A stretch of DNA of 64,000 bases from Candidatus Latescibacterota bacterium (GCA_965219455.1 OZ244744.1:3872001-3936000); one strand, 5' to 3'; counted from the stretch's first letter, positions 38,974-49,283 are shown. Notes: generated from the letters alone by a model not told the origin. Made by a program: numbers and translations.

Positions 38974-40404
38974 CTACAACCGTGACTGATCGAATAGCGG
39001 TACGTGGGACAACGCCGCGTCGCCCACTTCCAGTGAACCTCCCGTCACCGGTCTGTTCTTCTCAATATACGCCATCAGCAGGTCGTGGTATGCCGACGCC
39101 ACGTCCGGATGGTCTTTCACCACGTTGTTCAATTCCTTGGGATCCGAGTTCAGATCGTACAGCTCCGGCGGCGACAGCGCCGGCTGATTTCCGTCCGCCG
39201 CCCTGGGGTCGTTTTTCACCCAGGGCGTCTGATAATTCCAGTTCCGGCCGCGTATGCCGGCGTAGTTTCCGAATGCGGTAATCACGTGTCCCCGCCCGTC
39301 GTCCTTATCACCCCTCACGTACGACCAGAGATCCTCTCCCAGGCAGCGATCCGGCGAATCGATGTCAATCAGCCCCAGAAGCGTGGGCATCAGGTCCTGG
39401 TGTTGCACGAAGGCATCCACGACGCTTCCGCCAAAGGCGTCCACGTTCGGATGCCGGATGATGAGAGGCACCTGGGTGCATTGCCAGCGGAGCCGGTCGG
39501 GACCCTTATGGAGTTGTCCCTGTTCTCCCATCATCGTGCCGTGATCGGAGAGGAAGACGATGATTGAATTGTCCAGTAGCCCGAGTTTCTCCGCGGTCTC
39601 CATCAGCCGGCCGAACCACCGGTCGATCAACGCGCACAGACCCCGGTAGTGCGCCCGCACCCGATGCACCTGGTTCTCGCTCATCCCGTCGGTGATGGCC
39701 GGAGGAAATATCCACTCCACGCCGTCGTGGTCGTCCCCCTCGTAATGCTGTTCCACCAGTTCGGGCGGCGCAAACCACGGTTCGTGCGGAAAGAAGCACT
39801 CCAGCCAGAGCATGAACGGCTGCTGGCCGGCATTCTCTCTTAAGAAATCGATGCCCTTCCGAAGCACCCGCACGCTGCACCAATCGGTCTCGTCTTTCCA
39901 ATCCCGGCTGTTCATCAGAAACTGCGTCAGCACCGGAGTGGCCCGTCCCGTGGGATCGAACCTTTCAACGGGCACGGCGCTTCGCGGCCCTGCCACCAGG
40001 TAGTCCATTTCCTGGCCGCGTTCCCAGTTGAACTGAACGAACCCCCGGTGGAAGTTCTTGCCGGGTTTGAACTGGTGCGGCAGATCGCTGATCAACCCCG
40101 TGACGTAACCGCGTTCGACCAGCCACTCCGCCAGCGTCACGTCCTCGTAGAACAGCGGATGCCATCCGGGAAGCTGCACGCGGTCCCCCTTCTGCGGCGC
40201 CCACAGAAAGGGGAAAATAGGCCGCCCGGTATAGAGCACCCGGCGCGCGGGCAGCGTGGGCGTGCCCTCGCCGAACGCCGAATTGAACCGCACGCCCTCT
40301 GCCGCCAGGCGGTCGATATTGGGCGTCTTGACCGGCGAGTCATCCCGGTAACAACTCAGATGATCCACTCGGAACGTGTCGCTGCACAGTACAATCAGAT
40401 TCAC
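38974..40404 (-). CDS. Sulfatase-like hydrolase
   Basis: GTG start; DTFRVDHL..Y, TPNIDRLA, PTLPARRVLYTG, PHEPW, SDHG. Confidence 0.88.
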   Translation of the reverse strand: MNLIVLCSDTFRVDHLSCYRDDSPVKTPNIDRLAAEGVRFNSAFGEGTPTLPARRVLYTGRPIFPFLWAPQKGDRVQLPGWHPLFYEDVTLAEWLVERGYVTGLISDLPHQFKPGKNFHRGFVQFNWERGQEMDYLVAGPRSAVPVERFDPTGRATPVLTQFLMNSRDWKDETDWCSVRVLRKGIDFLRENAGQQPFMLWLECFFPHEPWFAPPELVEQHYEGDDHDGVEWIFPPAITDGMSENQVHRVRAHYRGLCALIDRWFGRLMETAEKLGLLDNSIIVFLSDHGTMMGEQGQLHKGPDRLRWQCTQVPLIIRHPNVDAFGGSVVDAFVQHQDLMPTLLGLIDIDSPDRCLGEDLWSYVRGDKDDGRGHVITAFGNYAGIRGRNWNYQTPWVKNDPRAADGNQPALSPPELYDLNSDPKELNNVVKDHPDVASAYHDLLMAYIEKNRPVTGGSLEVGDAALSHVPLFDQSRL

Positions 40405-40489
40405 CGAAACCTCAGTACGACTCGTGAGGAGAGAAGAGAAAAGGCGCCTGGCGGACGGCACCCGGCGCACGTCAGGCTTTCTTGGGCGT

Positions 40490-41092
40490 TCAGTCGAGAA
40501 CGTTCTGGCCGCCGTCGTCGAGGCTATTGGGACGCCGCCAATAGTTGAACTGGGGCGTCCATTCCTCTTCGCCGAGGCCCGCCAGGCCCAGCAGCGTCCA
40601 CATCGCGCAGTAGATGTCTCCGGGCCCGAATGCGCACGCGTTCTTGCGGAGAATGGCGTCGCCATCGCGCTGGTACACCACGGCGCCGGGGAAGTTGTCG
40701 TCCCCGTCCATCACGGACTGCTCCCGGATGTAGTTTCCACCGCCGTGGGAGGCCAGTTGAAACCGCCACCCGCGGGCGTTTGCGAAGCGGCGCTGGGTTT
40801 CCGGAGTGTCTTTCGAAAGCAGTACCACGGAGAGGACGGACTCCAGATGGGGGACCAGGCCGTTGAATCCGTCCGCCCAGAGCGTGCAATAACGGCAGCC
40901 CTGTCCCATGTTGTGGATAGCCAGCAGTCTGTCACCGTCGCCGAAGAGGTCGCGCAGCGTCGTCGTTCCCGACAGGGTGTCAAAAGTGTAATTGCGCACC
41001 GGCGTTCCCGGGCTGGCTTTTTGAAGGGCGTGGAGTTCCGCCATCAATTCGCCTATTTGCTGCTCCAGTTCTACGATTCTATCGCCCGACAT
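40490..41092 (-). CDS. DUF899 thioredoxin-like protein
   Basis: TLRDLFG, HNMGQGCRYCTLWADG, FGPGD.YC..W. Confidence 0.85.
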   Translation of the reverse strand: MSGDRIVELEQQIGELMAELHALQKASPGTPVRNYTFDTLSGTTTLRDLFGDGDRLLAIHNMGQGCRYCTLWADGFNGLVPHLESVLSVVLLSKDTPETQRRFANARGWRFQLASHGGGNYIREQSVMDGDDNFPGAVVYQRDGDAILRKNACAFGPGDIYCAMWTLLGLAGLGEEEWTPQFNYWRRPNSLDDGGQNVLD

Positions 41093-41394
41093 ATCCAGCC
41101 TTTAGCCTTAATGCGACAAAAACAGCAACGCGGTGCCGCGACGAAACCTTCCGAAACGGGCCGAAAAGGTCGTCCGGAAGGACATTTTTTCCGTTCACGT
41201 CCAGTGACCTGAAGTATCCTGGAAATCCGACGTCAAATCGCCTTTATTCACTTGCATATATTCGAATTAACGTCCCCGAAAAATTACGAATCAAGGTTAG
41301 CAATGGTCAAACGTCGATCCCGTCAACGTCCGATGCACCTGCTCATTGCGCCGGCGTCTTTCCGGATCCGGCAGATCAGCAAACGGGCCCTTAA

Positions 41395-41554
41395 CAGCCC
41401 GTTGAAAAAGCCCATCCGGGCTACGGCCGGCTCTCGTAGCCGATTTACTGCGTTGCGCTCCCTCGCCGAATCCGCCGAGTCTACTCGGTCGCGCGCCTTG
41501 TCTTCGGTCACGATAGCTCGGCCTCGCCTGCAGAGCGACTTTATCAACGGACTG
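41395..41554. mobile_element. ~160-bp MITE, copy 2
   Basis: Same terminal inverted repeats; perfect TTAA duplication on both sides. Confidence 0.85.
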
Positions 41555-41559
41555 TTAAC

Positions 41560-41871
41560 CTAATGCCTGAGCCCAGACGCCGCAAGCGGAATAGATATCC
41601 TCGGAGCAAACAAACCGCTATTGGACAGCATCCGGTTCGCTTCCGCGAAGCAGCGCCTCGCCTAACGTTGCCTGAGTTTCACAGACTGCCTGTTTCAGGG
41701 GCTCAATGGGACCGGACCAGCACAATTATAGCCGCTGGAAAAGTTACTTTGTTCTTGGACAGTATTGACCCAAAGAAGGTAACCTGGATTGGCACTACGA
41801 AACGACTTTCATGAAAAACAGGTACTTACGCGTCCAAAATCGTCTTTTCCGAATTATCTTGGACAGCAGTG
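41560..41871 (+). mobile_element. IS4-family right-end relic
   Basis: Three TTGGACAG motifs (41621, 41755, 41859) ending TTGGACAGCAGTG; same as the end of the IS4 relic at 43886-43898. Confidence 0.55.
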
Positions 41872-41908
41872 GGTTTGTGGTCACTCCTGTTGCCACGCCC
41901 ATCAAAAA

Positions 41909-41974
41909 AGAACCCGTCTGAAAACCCCGCAAGCCTCGTACTCAAGGCTTTTCAGGTATTTCCGGACGGGTTCT
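41909..41974. repeat. Short palindromic MITE-like element
   Basis: AGAACCCGTCTGAAAA ... TTTCCGGACGGGTTCT inverted ends. Confidence 0.45.
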
Positions 41975-42113
41975 CAGGCAAACGCTTCGTACCCAACCGT
42001 TCGCGGCGCTACCTGAGGTAGAACAGCCGTCGCGTCTGCGCACCGCCAGTCATGGCTACGCTGTAAACACATTCGACCGCGGGTAGCCGAAAGATAGGGG
42101 CGGGAAACAGCCG

Positions 42114-43196
42114 TTACCGGGATCCGCAGTCGAGTCCGAGGTCCGCGACGATCTTCGCCAGGTCGAAGGCGGCGACGTTGCCGTCGTTGTGCACGGCGTA
42201 GAAGGCACCCCGGCTGAAAGGGCCGAAGTTAAGGCCGGTAAGAGCGACCCCGTCGGTATTAGTGGTGACGGCTCCTGAGAAGGTGCCCCGGATGGCGAGA
42301 TTCTCCCTGTCGAAAACCAGGAAACGGTTTTTCACATGATCCTGGTCGGTGGCGAGCCAGTAGCCGCGGCCTTCTGCGCATTCTAGCAGTACCATGCCTT
42401 CCGGTTTGTGGTAGAAGACCCCGTTCCCCACGAGTTGGCCGGTGAACTGCCCCTCGAGGTCATAGACCTTGAGTACCCCTTCCGTCTCATCAGCAACCAG
42501 CATCCTGCCGTGAAGGGGGTCTATCGCGACCGACTCAACCTTCCTCAGGTAGCTGGCCTCCGTGGTGTCACCAAAGGCGCCGACGTACTCTCCGGTCAAC
42601 TGGATATCCGACACTTGCAGGCGGAATCGGCGCAGACGCTCTCCCATCTCCGAGGCTGGTGCCGAGGAAGAGTTCGGTTCGTAGTTGTCGGTGACCCAGA
42701 CGTCCCAGCCGCCTCTACCGGGGACCGCGGCGATTCCGTACGGCTGCCGCAGCACTTCGGCCCCGAGAAGGGCGACCGGCTCGAAGTCCGGCAGCGACAG
42801 GGCCTGCAGGCGATGGTTCTCGCGCTCGACAACGACGACGAAGTTGCCGATCACGACGATGCCGTTGGGTCGCCCGAACTGGCCCGCCTGGGTACCCGGA
42901 TTGCCGACCCGGCGGATCAGCTTTCCGTTGGCCGCGTCGTGAACGAGCAATTGGTGCGCCGACTTGGCGGTGGAAACAAGCCAGTGGCGGCCTCCGGGGC
43001 CGTGCCAAACCGCCGGAGAGTCAACGTTGTCCACTCTCCTGCGCTCGGTGAGAAAGGTCTCGGCGATGATGACCTCCGCATCGGGCGACGTCCGACGCAA
43101 TGACGACATACGGCCCTGACACTGGCAGAGAAGAAGGGCCATCCCCAGCCAGAGGGAGGCCAAGAAGATCCGCAGCACAGAATTACAACCGGTCAT
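42114..43196 (-). CDS. Beta-propeller phytase (3-phytase) family, exported
   Basis: NVDSPAVW, RPNGI, PEGMVL, NTDGVA, FYAVHNDG; signal peptide; RBS AAAGGAG. Confidence 0.75.
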   Translation of the reverse strand: MTGCNSVLRIFLASLWLGMALLLCQCQGRMSSLRRTSPDAEVIIAETFLTERRRVDNVDSPAVWHGPGGRHWLVSTAKSAHQLLVHDAANGKLIRRVGNPGTQAGQFGRPNGIVVIGNFVVVVERENHRLQALSLPDFEPVALLGAEVLRQPYGIAAVPGRGGWDVWVTDNYEPNSSSAPASEMGERLRRFRLQVSDIQLTGEYVGAFGDTTEASYLRKVESVAIDPLHGRMLVADETEGVLKVYDLEGQFTGQLVGNGVFYHKPEGMVLLECAEGRGYWLATDQDHVKNRFLVFDRENLAIRGTFSGAVTTNTDGVALTGLNFGPFSRGAFYAVHNDGNVAAFDLAKIVADLGLDCGSR

Positions 43197-43404
43197 ATCT
43201 TTCTCCTTTGCAATGGGATTGGTGAGATCCGTTAGGCCACACGGAATTTTATATATTTGCAACCATGAGTCCCCTACGAAAAGTCAAAATCTACTCTAAA
43301 GAGGTCCAAGGTGGTGTTTCATTCAGAAGAAAACCGAAATTATACTTGATATATCACTCTTATATATAATGATTTATGGAAATATAGCTCTTATTGAAAA
43401 ATGG

Positions 43405-43898
43405 CCGTTCCTGATCCAAGTTGGAAGAAAATTACGCGAATCTCACTTTTCGAAGTGGACTCAGGAATCCAGGAACCACAGCCCGGAAGATACCTTTCAT
43501 GGTACGTACAGCCAGTGTGTTCAGTCAACTGTTAGATTTGTTCTCTCGCAATCGGTTTCAGAATGCGGTGAAAGCGCGCCAGGCGGAACGATACGTGAAA
43601 GGGTTCACGCGCTGGGAACAGTTTGTGGCGATGCTGTTCTGCCAGTTGGCGCAAGCGCACTCGTTACGTGAGATCTGCGATGGGCTTTCGTGTTGTGTGG
43701 GCAAGCTGATCCAGGTTCATACGCCGCCGCAACACCCCGTCCCTGTGCAACTCAAATTACGGCTCTGATTCTTGGACAGCATACTCAGGCTACGGCAACC
43801 TGGGTTGCATTATCCGAGTCAAAGCCGTACAAATTCGCCGATTCAAACCGTTTTTCGACCCGGATGTCTCAAGTTCCGACGGTTCTTGGACAGCAATG
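43405..43898 (+). mobile_element. Internally deleted IS4-family element (DUF4372 transposase N-terminus)
   Basis: MVRTASVFSQLL...KGFTRWEQFVAMLFCQLAQAHSLREIC jumps to a short C-terminal tail; end TTGGACAGCAATG. Confidence 0.8.
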
Positions 43899-44287
43899 AT
43901 ACTGAGACGTGATGCCGCCTCAGCGAAATCCGTCACAATTTTTCAGCTTTTCGGAACTGCGTCTCGGGTGGAACCATGCACTGCCTCCTTATCCCCTGTT
44001 CGTTGTCCCGCTGTGTCTTCGTGTCTCCGTGTGAGGCCGGTTTTTTTTGCCTTTCTCCCCCTTCCCTTCAGGAGAGGGGGAAGGGGGGAGAGGTCCGCGT
44101 GCAGGAGGCGCCTGGTTCCGGCATTCGAGGCTGATGGCGAGCGTCGCGTTCTGTACCGCGAACAACCTGGCCCCAACCGTGCAGGTTGTCTCTGTCTGAA
44201 CCTCATTTGACAAAGCAATTCGTACCCGATATCTTGAACGAAGCGATCATTTCCGGATTTTCCGAACCATCTGACAAGGGATCCGCC

Positions 44288-45274
44288 ATGCTCCCCTGCG
44301 TGCTTCCTCTCAAGCCCTATCTCAGAGAGATGATCTGGGGCGGCCGCAGGTTGCAGGATCGGTACGACAAAGCCCTGCCGCGCGGCCGGAATTTCGGCGA
44401 ATCGTGGGAAGTTTCCGCTTATCCGGGGATGGAGAGCGTTGTTGCCGCCGGCCCACTCTCAGGCCGGTCACTTCGCGGTCTGGTCGGAACGTACGGCCGC
44501 GAGTTGCTTGGCGCATCCGTTTTCGACCGTTACGGCGGCGAATTTCCATTGCTGGTCAAACTGCTCGACGCGCACCAGGATCTTTCCATCCAGGTCCACC
44601 CGGACGATGCATACGCCCGGTTGAAACGACTAGGGAATTTCGGAAAAATGGAGGCCTGGTACGTGCTTCAGTCCGAAAACGGGCGGATCGCCTGCGGTCT
44701 GAAACCCGGCGTTGACAAGCCCGCATTTGTAGATGCCATCAACAACAACCGCGTCTCGGACGCCGTCGAATTCTTCGACGCACGGCCCGGCGACGTCGTC
44801 TTCATCCCTCCAGGCACCGTTCACGCCCTCTGTGCCGGAGTCATCGTGTACGAGGTCCAGCAATCCAGCGACATTACCTTCCGCATTTACGACTACAACC
44901 GGCCGGGGGCCGACGGAAAACCCAGGGAATTGCACATTGAAGACGCCCTGACAGTCATCGCTTTTGAAGGACCCCACCCGAAGCCCGTCGCCTCGTCCGG
45001 GCTGTTCGGCTCACGCCCTGGGCAGACCCTGCTGGTTGAATCCGAACACTTCCGCCTGGAGCGTTTCAGTCCCTCTGATAGCAGGACCGAACATCCGCCC
45101 TGCGCTTCCGTCGCAGCGGTCACGTTTATCGAAGGGGACGCCGATGTCCTCGGCGCCAACGAATCTTTCCGCGCCAGGAAAGGCGACACCTTTCTGATTC
45201 CAGCGGGGCGCGACTTCGCGGTCGTCCGTCGCGACGAGTCCGCCGCGGAATACCTGGTTGCGTCAATTCCATGA
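44288..45274 (+). CDS. manA: Mannose-6-phosphate isomerase, class I
   Basis: IWGGRRL, GESWEVS, FPLLVKLLDA..DLSIQVHP, EAW, GTVHAL, EVQQSSDITFRIYDYNR. Confidence 0.92.
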   Translation: MLPCVLPLKPYLREMIWGGRRLQDRYDKALPRGRNFGESWEVSAYPGMESVVAAGPLSGRSLRGLVGTYGRELLGASVFDRYGGEFPLLVKLLDAHQDLSIQVHPDDAYARLKRLGNFGKMEAWYVLQSENGRIACGLKPGVDKPAFVDAINNNRVSDAVEFFDARPGDVVFIPPGTVHALCAGVIVYEVQQSSDITFRIYDYNRPGADGKPRELHIEDALTVIAFEGPHPKPVASSGLFGSRPGQTLLVESEHFRLERFSPSDSRTEHPPCASVAAVTFIEGDADVLGANESFRARKGDTFLIPAGRDFAVVRRDESAAEYLVASIP

Positions 45275-45297
45275 GCCGTCCGCGTTTACGACAAAAC

Positions 45298-45331
45298 AAA
45301 GCCCCGGGGAATCGATTCTCCGGGGCTTTTT
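45298..45331. terminator. Bidirectional intrinsic terminator
   Basis: AAAGCCCCGGGGAATCGATTCTCCGGGGCTTTTT between convergent genes. Confidence 0.8.
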
Positions 45332-45358
45332 GATGAATGTCTTTGTGTGGCCGTCGTC

Positions 45359-45712
45359 CTACAACCGCTCTCTCCCGTATTGCTTCATCATGTCTTCCAA
45401 TCTAGGCATGATTCTTTCCATTTTAGGATGGTCACCAATACCTAAAATAACCACCCTCTTCTCTTTATCACCTTGAACAATAAATGCAATTCGAATACTA
45501 TCGTTTAATCGGTATTTTAAGACGCCGCCTTGTCGCGCGATATTTTTTCCTGTCAGGGGGATCTTTCCAAGACGTAAATCAGCTAAGAATTCGACATATC
45601 GAGTTCGCGTAGGTTTAGTGAATTTCTCTACCTCTTTTTTTACATTAGAGTCAAAGAAATATATCTTTTTTACGACTGGTAGAAATGCAGTTTCACTGCT
45701 ACCCACCGTCAC
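45359..45712 (-). CDS. RelE/ParE-like toxin candidate
   Basis: Small basic protein; KYRLNDSIRIAF...VVILGIGDH; AT-rich. Confidence 0.55.
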   Translation of the reverse strand: MTVGSSETAFLPVVKKIYFFDSNVKKEVEKFTKPTRTRYVEFLADLRLGKIPLTGKNIARQGGVLKYRLNDSIRIAFIVQGDKEKRVVILGIGDHPKMERIMPRLEDMMKQYGRERL

Positions 45713-45725
45713 CTCCTCCCCTTAG

Positions 45726-45886
45726 CAGCCCGTTGAAAAAGTCCATCTGGGCTGCGTCCGGCCCTTGTGGCCGAATTACCGCGTTGCGCTCCCTCCCCGA
45801 ATCCCCCGATTCGACGCGGTCGCGCGCCTTGTCTTCGGCCACAATGACCTCGGCCTCGCCTGCAGAGCGACTTTATCAACGGACTG
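45726..45886. mobile_element. ~160-bp MITE, copy 3
   Basis: Same terminal inverted repeats; perfect TTAG duplication. Confidence 0.85.
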
Positions 45887-45893
45887 TTAGAAA

Positions 45894-46370
45894 CTACTCT
45901 ACCAGTATAAACTGTGTTTCATCAAGATTATCTGCCTTATGCAATATTGATAAACTCCAACTTACCTCACGTAAGAGTGCTTCAAAAGCTATAAGATTAT
46001 CATCCACTATTTTGAATTTTTCATGTAATTCAGGATAATTCCGTTTAGCGTCTTCACCTAGACCAATCCAATTGGGTTTTCGTACGGTTCGTCCAAATTG
46101 CTCCAAACCTCTAATCGTGCGTTCTACATCTCCATTTGGGCACATTTTAACATAATTTTCAGGCTCTTGCTCGAGCAACTCCAGGAATTCATACCATTCA
46201 GCTGTAGTTGCCAATACGACAGCATTAGTCTCCTCCAAGTTACGAAAAGCTTCTTCTTCTGCCGTTTGTTCTTCGTGTTGTTGTATCAGTGCCTTACTTT
46301 GTTCAGCTGAATGAAAAATATAAGTTCCCATCTTTCGCGCAACCGGCACTCCCATAACGGCAATACCCAT
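45894..46370 (-). CDS. Hypothetical acidic protein (possible antitoxin)
   Basis: AT-rich, acidic, directly upstream of the RelE-like gene. Confidence 0.55.
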   Translation of the reverse strand: MGIAVMGVPVARKMGTYIFHSAEQSKALIQQHEEQTAEEEAFRNLEETNAVVLATTAEWYEFLELLEQEPENYVKMCPNGDVERTIRGLEQFGRTVRKPNWIGLGEDAKRNYPELHEKFKIVDDNLIAFEALLREVSWSLSILHKADNLDETQFILVE

Positions 46371-46388
46371 AAACTCATCCTTTGCGAA

Positions 46389-46751
46389 TTATGGAGAAGC
46401 TTCAAGTAGCGTAGACTCGGCCTTGTTCATTGTTCTTTCTTTTACGACAAGAGCAATATATACCCAATCTTCTTCTTCTTTTCCATTCTTGGGCAGAAAG
46501 TAACGTGAAACTACCTCATATATCGTTCGGTTCTTAAAGTCTTTTCGATCAAGACTAGGCAAAACCCAAGGACTAATGATATAATCACCAGTTTTGGGGA
46601 TATCACCAAGCGCGGTTAAAGTGTACTCTTCAACTAAGTCGATTAACTCCTCATCATCGTACATATGCAAACGAAATACAATTTTCTTTTCCAAGAGGTC
46701 TCCCACACCCGACTCTCCTGCTGAAAGATAAAGCAACCAATCGCAGAGCAT
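46389..46751 (-). CDS. Hypothetical protein
   Basis: AT-rich ORF co-oriented with the two downstream genes; start uncertain. Confidence 0.5.
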   Translation of the reverse strand: MLCDWLLYLSAGESGVGDLLEKKIVFRLHMYDDEELIDLVEEYTLTALGDIPKTGDYIISPWVLPSLDRKDFKNRTIYEVVSRYFLPKNGKEEEDWVYIALVVKERTMNKAESTLLEASP

Positions 46752-46943
46752 ACGACAATCGAAGTATAACCGTATAAGACCTCTGACACAATCCGTTTTC
46801 CGTCAGAGTAATAATAAGGACAGAATGCTCAGCAAGGAGTTTCACCGGATTCCAAGCGCTGTCCGCGTTGCCCGACGCAATCACCTCAAGCTCGATCACG
46901 ACTTCCAAGACGTAGTTGCCGCTGATTAAATGCAACTGCTATG

Positions 46944-47381
46944 TCAACCGTAGAAAATACTCGCCCCCGTCAGCTGTACCAGACGATCCAGTTCTTCAGG
47001 CGCATACACGGGGATCATCGCCTGTTTGAAATCGCCCGCGTTTCGGGTGACGATCCCGTCGGCGTTGGCGCTCATGGCCGCCTGATGCAATACCGCGTCC
47101 TCGAAGTCCCTGAATTTCGACTCCAGAACGCCTTCCAGCACACTACCGTCCACGGCCGCGACCTCCAGAAGATCCATCAATTTTCCAATCTCGCGACGCG
47201 CCCGCCGGTCGCCCACCGTCCTGCGCGCGAGATAGTGGACCGTCGTCACGGTCGTCGCACATATTGATCCCGACAAACCGCCGGTTTCGACCCTTGAAAA
47301 AAGCCGCGCGGCGGTATCTGAGAACGGCTTGCGATCCAGCAGAAGATCCAGTACCACGTTGGTATCGAAGAGGATCTTCAC
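46944..47381 (-). CDS. PIN domain (VapC-like) toxin
   Basis: ILFDTNVVLDLLLDR.PF, DFEDA, IVTRN..DF. Confidence 0.9.
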   Translation of the reverse strand: MKILFDTNVVLDLLLDRKPFSDTAARLFSRVETGGLSGSICATTVTTVHYLARRTVGDRRARREIGKLMDLLEVAAVDGSVLEGVLESKFRDFEDAVLHQAAMSANADGIVTRNAGDFKQAMIPVYAPEELDRLVQLTGASIFYG

Positions 47382-47608
47382 AAGTACTTGTCCTCGAGAT
47401 ACCTCCGGTAATCGTCCACGTCGGCGCCTCGAAGGGAGCCTTTCATGGATCGGACCGCGGGACTGATATCAAGTCCATCCCGTCCACGTCCCAGGAGTGC
47501 GAAATAGTCGGCTACGATCCTGGAGACGGATTTCCCGTTGGACCTCGCGAAATCTTTGGCGAGGCGGATGAGTTCCTCGTCCATCCGAAGGGTGAGCTTG
47601 GTCTGCAT
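47378..47608 (-). CDS. DUF6364-type antitoxin
   Basis: TKLTLRMDEELI..AK.FA...GKSVSRIVADYF...YLEDKY; overlaps the PIN gene start. Confidence 0.85.
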   Translation of the reverse strand: MQTKLTLRMDEELIRLAKDFARSNGKSVSRIVADYFALLGRGRDGLDISPAVRSMKGSLRGADVDDYRRYLEDKYL

Positions 47609-47770
47609 GAAGACCTCTCGATAGGTATGACGTATAAATTTTCAAAAAATATACGGCATTCCAACGGCGTTGTCAAGATTGGGGTATTTGAAAAAAAAAG
47701 GCGCCGGCAAAGCAGCGCCCGTCTGAACACGCGATGAGACCGTGCGAACCGAAGTCCGCATGCCATTTCT

Positions 47771-48229
47771 TTACTCTTCTCCATCGTAGTATTCCGCGTC
47801 TGTGATGCGGCCCAGTTTGCCCGGCGGACGGATCGCCCATTTGTCCGAATCGGGATAATAGCACGGATCGCACACGGGATTGTCGGCAATCACATAGTAG
47901 ATCAGGTCCTCATCCGCGTTGGGATTGCGGATATGGTGCGCCGTGCCGGGCGGTTGAACGAACACGTCGCCTGCGTCCACCTCGAACGTGCGGTCGTTCC
48001 GCCGCACGATGCCCCGTCCGCTGACCACGATGTAGAACTCCCACTGGACCTGGTGGGCATGGTATGGGAAGTTGGTCATGCCCGGCTGCAACCGCACCCA
48101 ATCGACCTCGAACGGCTGCCCCTCAGTCTTCAATGCGCCGGAGACGTCCTTCCGCGAAACCTGGAATTTCCGTTTGGGTGAATGGCGGGATATCTCTTCG
48201 ATGTCCGATGTATTGACTTTTTCGATCAT
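47771..48229 (-). CDS. Cupin domain protein
   Basis: PYHAH..QWEFYIV, G.AHHIRN, YPDSDKW. Confidence 0.88.
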   Translation of the reverse strand: MIEKVNTSDIEEISRHSPKRKFQVSRKDVSGALKTEGQPFEVDWVRLQPGMTNFPYHAHQVQWEFYIVVSGRGIVRRNDRTFEVDAGDVFVQPPGTAHHIRNPNADEDLIYYVIADNPVCDPCYYPDSDKWAIRPPGKLGRITDAEYYDGEE

Positions 48230-48280
48230 GTTGCTGTCTCTCCGAATCGTCGTTCGTCGGCGAGCGATAATCTGGATTCT

Positions 48281-48946
48281 TCAAATTCCCTGCATCCAAC
48301 CGTTCGCAACACGTGCCAATTCCTCGAGCACGGGTTCGTCGGTATTCCTTCGTTTCAGCACCTTGAATCCGTGATCCGCCGTATCCACCACGTGCAGCGT
48401 GGCGCGGTCCAGCCCCCCTACAACCGGCTCCAGCAGTGTCATATCCGCCATCTTGTCGCGTTGGCCCGACAGAAACAGCATGGGTACCGTTACATCCTCC
48501 AGATGCGCCGCGCGCTCCGTATTCGGCTTGCCCGCGTGAAGGGGGAAGGCGAAAAACACGATGCCCTTCAATCCCTCTATCGGTTCCCGGGCACAGGCCA
48601 TGGAGAACATGCGCCCGCTCATGGAATGTCCCCCCGCGAACACCGGCAGACCCTTCGCGTCCTTAATCGCCGCTGCAATCGCGGCGCGCACGGTTGCCAG
48701 GCGCACCTTCTCGCCGTCCATGCCGCCGCCCTTCTCGGAATAGGGATAGTTGAAACGAAACGTGGCCACGCCCGCGTCGTTCAACGCATCGCTCAAATTC
48801 TGGATAAACGGGTGACGCATATTGGTGCCCGCTCCATGGCCCAACACCAGTAGCGCCACTGCCCCGCCCGGCCGAGCGTAAAGCGCCGACACCTCGCCCT
48901 TCTCCTCTGTCACCAGAAATTTCAACGCGACGGGTTCAACGTCCAT
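48281..48946 (-). CDS. Alpha/beta hydrolase (KANL3/Tex30-like)
   Basis: HGAG, RFNYPY, GGHSMSGR, FPLH, ADHGF. Confidence 0.88.
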   Translation of the reverse strand: MDVEPVALKFLVTEEKGEVSALYARPGGAVALLVLGHGAGTNMRHPFIQNLSDALNDAGVATFRFNYPYSEKGGGMDGEKVRLATVRAAIAAAIKDAKGLPVFAGGHSMSGRMFSMACAREPIEGLKGIVFFAFPLHAGKPNTERAAHLEDVTVPMLFLSGQRDKMADMTLLEPVVGGLDRATLHVVDTADHGFKVLKRRNTDEPVLEELARVANGWMQGI

Positions 48947-49103
48947 TTTGTTCCCTTCCTGATACACCGCGATTGCGGACTCTGAAACCGCATTGTAAAC
49001 CGTCATTTTCCGCGATCTGCGTACAGACCGTACAGCAAACGGTTAGTTTGCAATACGGCGCTCCCACCCATCCAGATGGATCATGATCGCCAATGCGTCC
49101 GGC

Positions 49104-49283
49104 TCAATTCGCAGATGTCTTGCGTCTCATTCTCACCGCGTCCTGGAACTTCTGCAACAATTCCGTACGTTCCATCCAGAAAGCCGACTGTTCTTTGATC
49201 GTCATGCCTGCGGTCAGACTATGGATTCGTTCAGCGCCGCGGCGTTTCATTTCAACACAATCAAACGTCTTCTTCGTCTTCAT
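49104..49283 (-). CDS. Small antitoxin-like protein (59 aa, not in the ORF track)
   Basis: MKTKKTFDCVEMKRRGAERIHSLTAGMTIKEQSAFWMERTELLQKFQDAVRMRRKTSAN*; overlaps a PIN-toxin-like C-terminal relic (IAIHSPLETIYYEDEEDV*). Confidence 0.6.
   Translation of the reverse strand: MKTKKTFDCVEMKRRGAERIHSLTAGMTIKEQSAFWMERTELLQKFQDAVRMRRKTSAN

Noticed and set aside
41128-41185. Riboswitch-like hairpin upstream of DUF899
   Set aside because: No conserved aptamer motif could be matched by eye.
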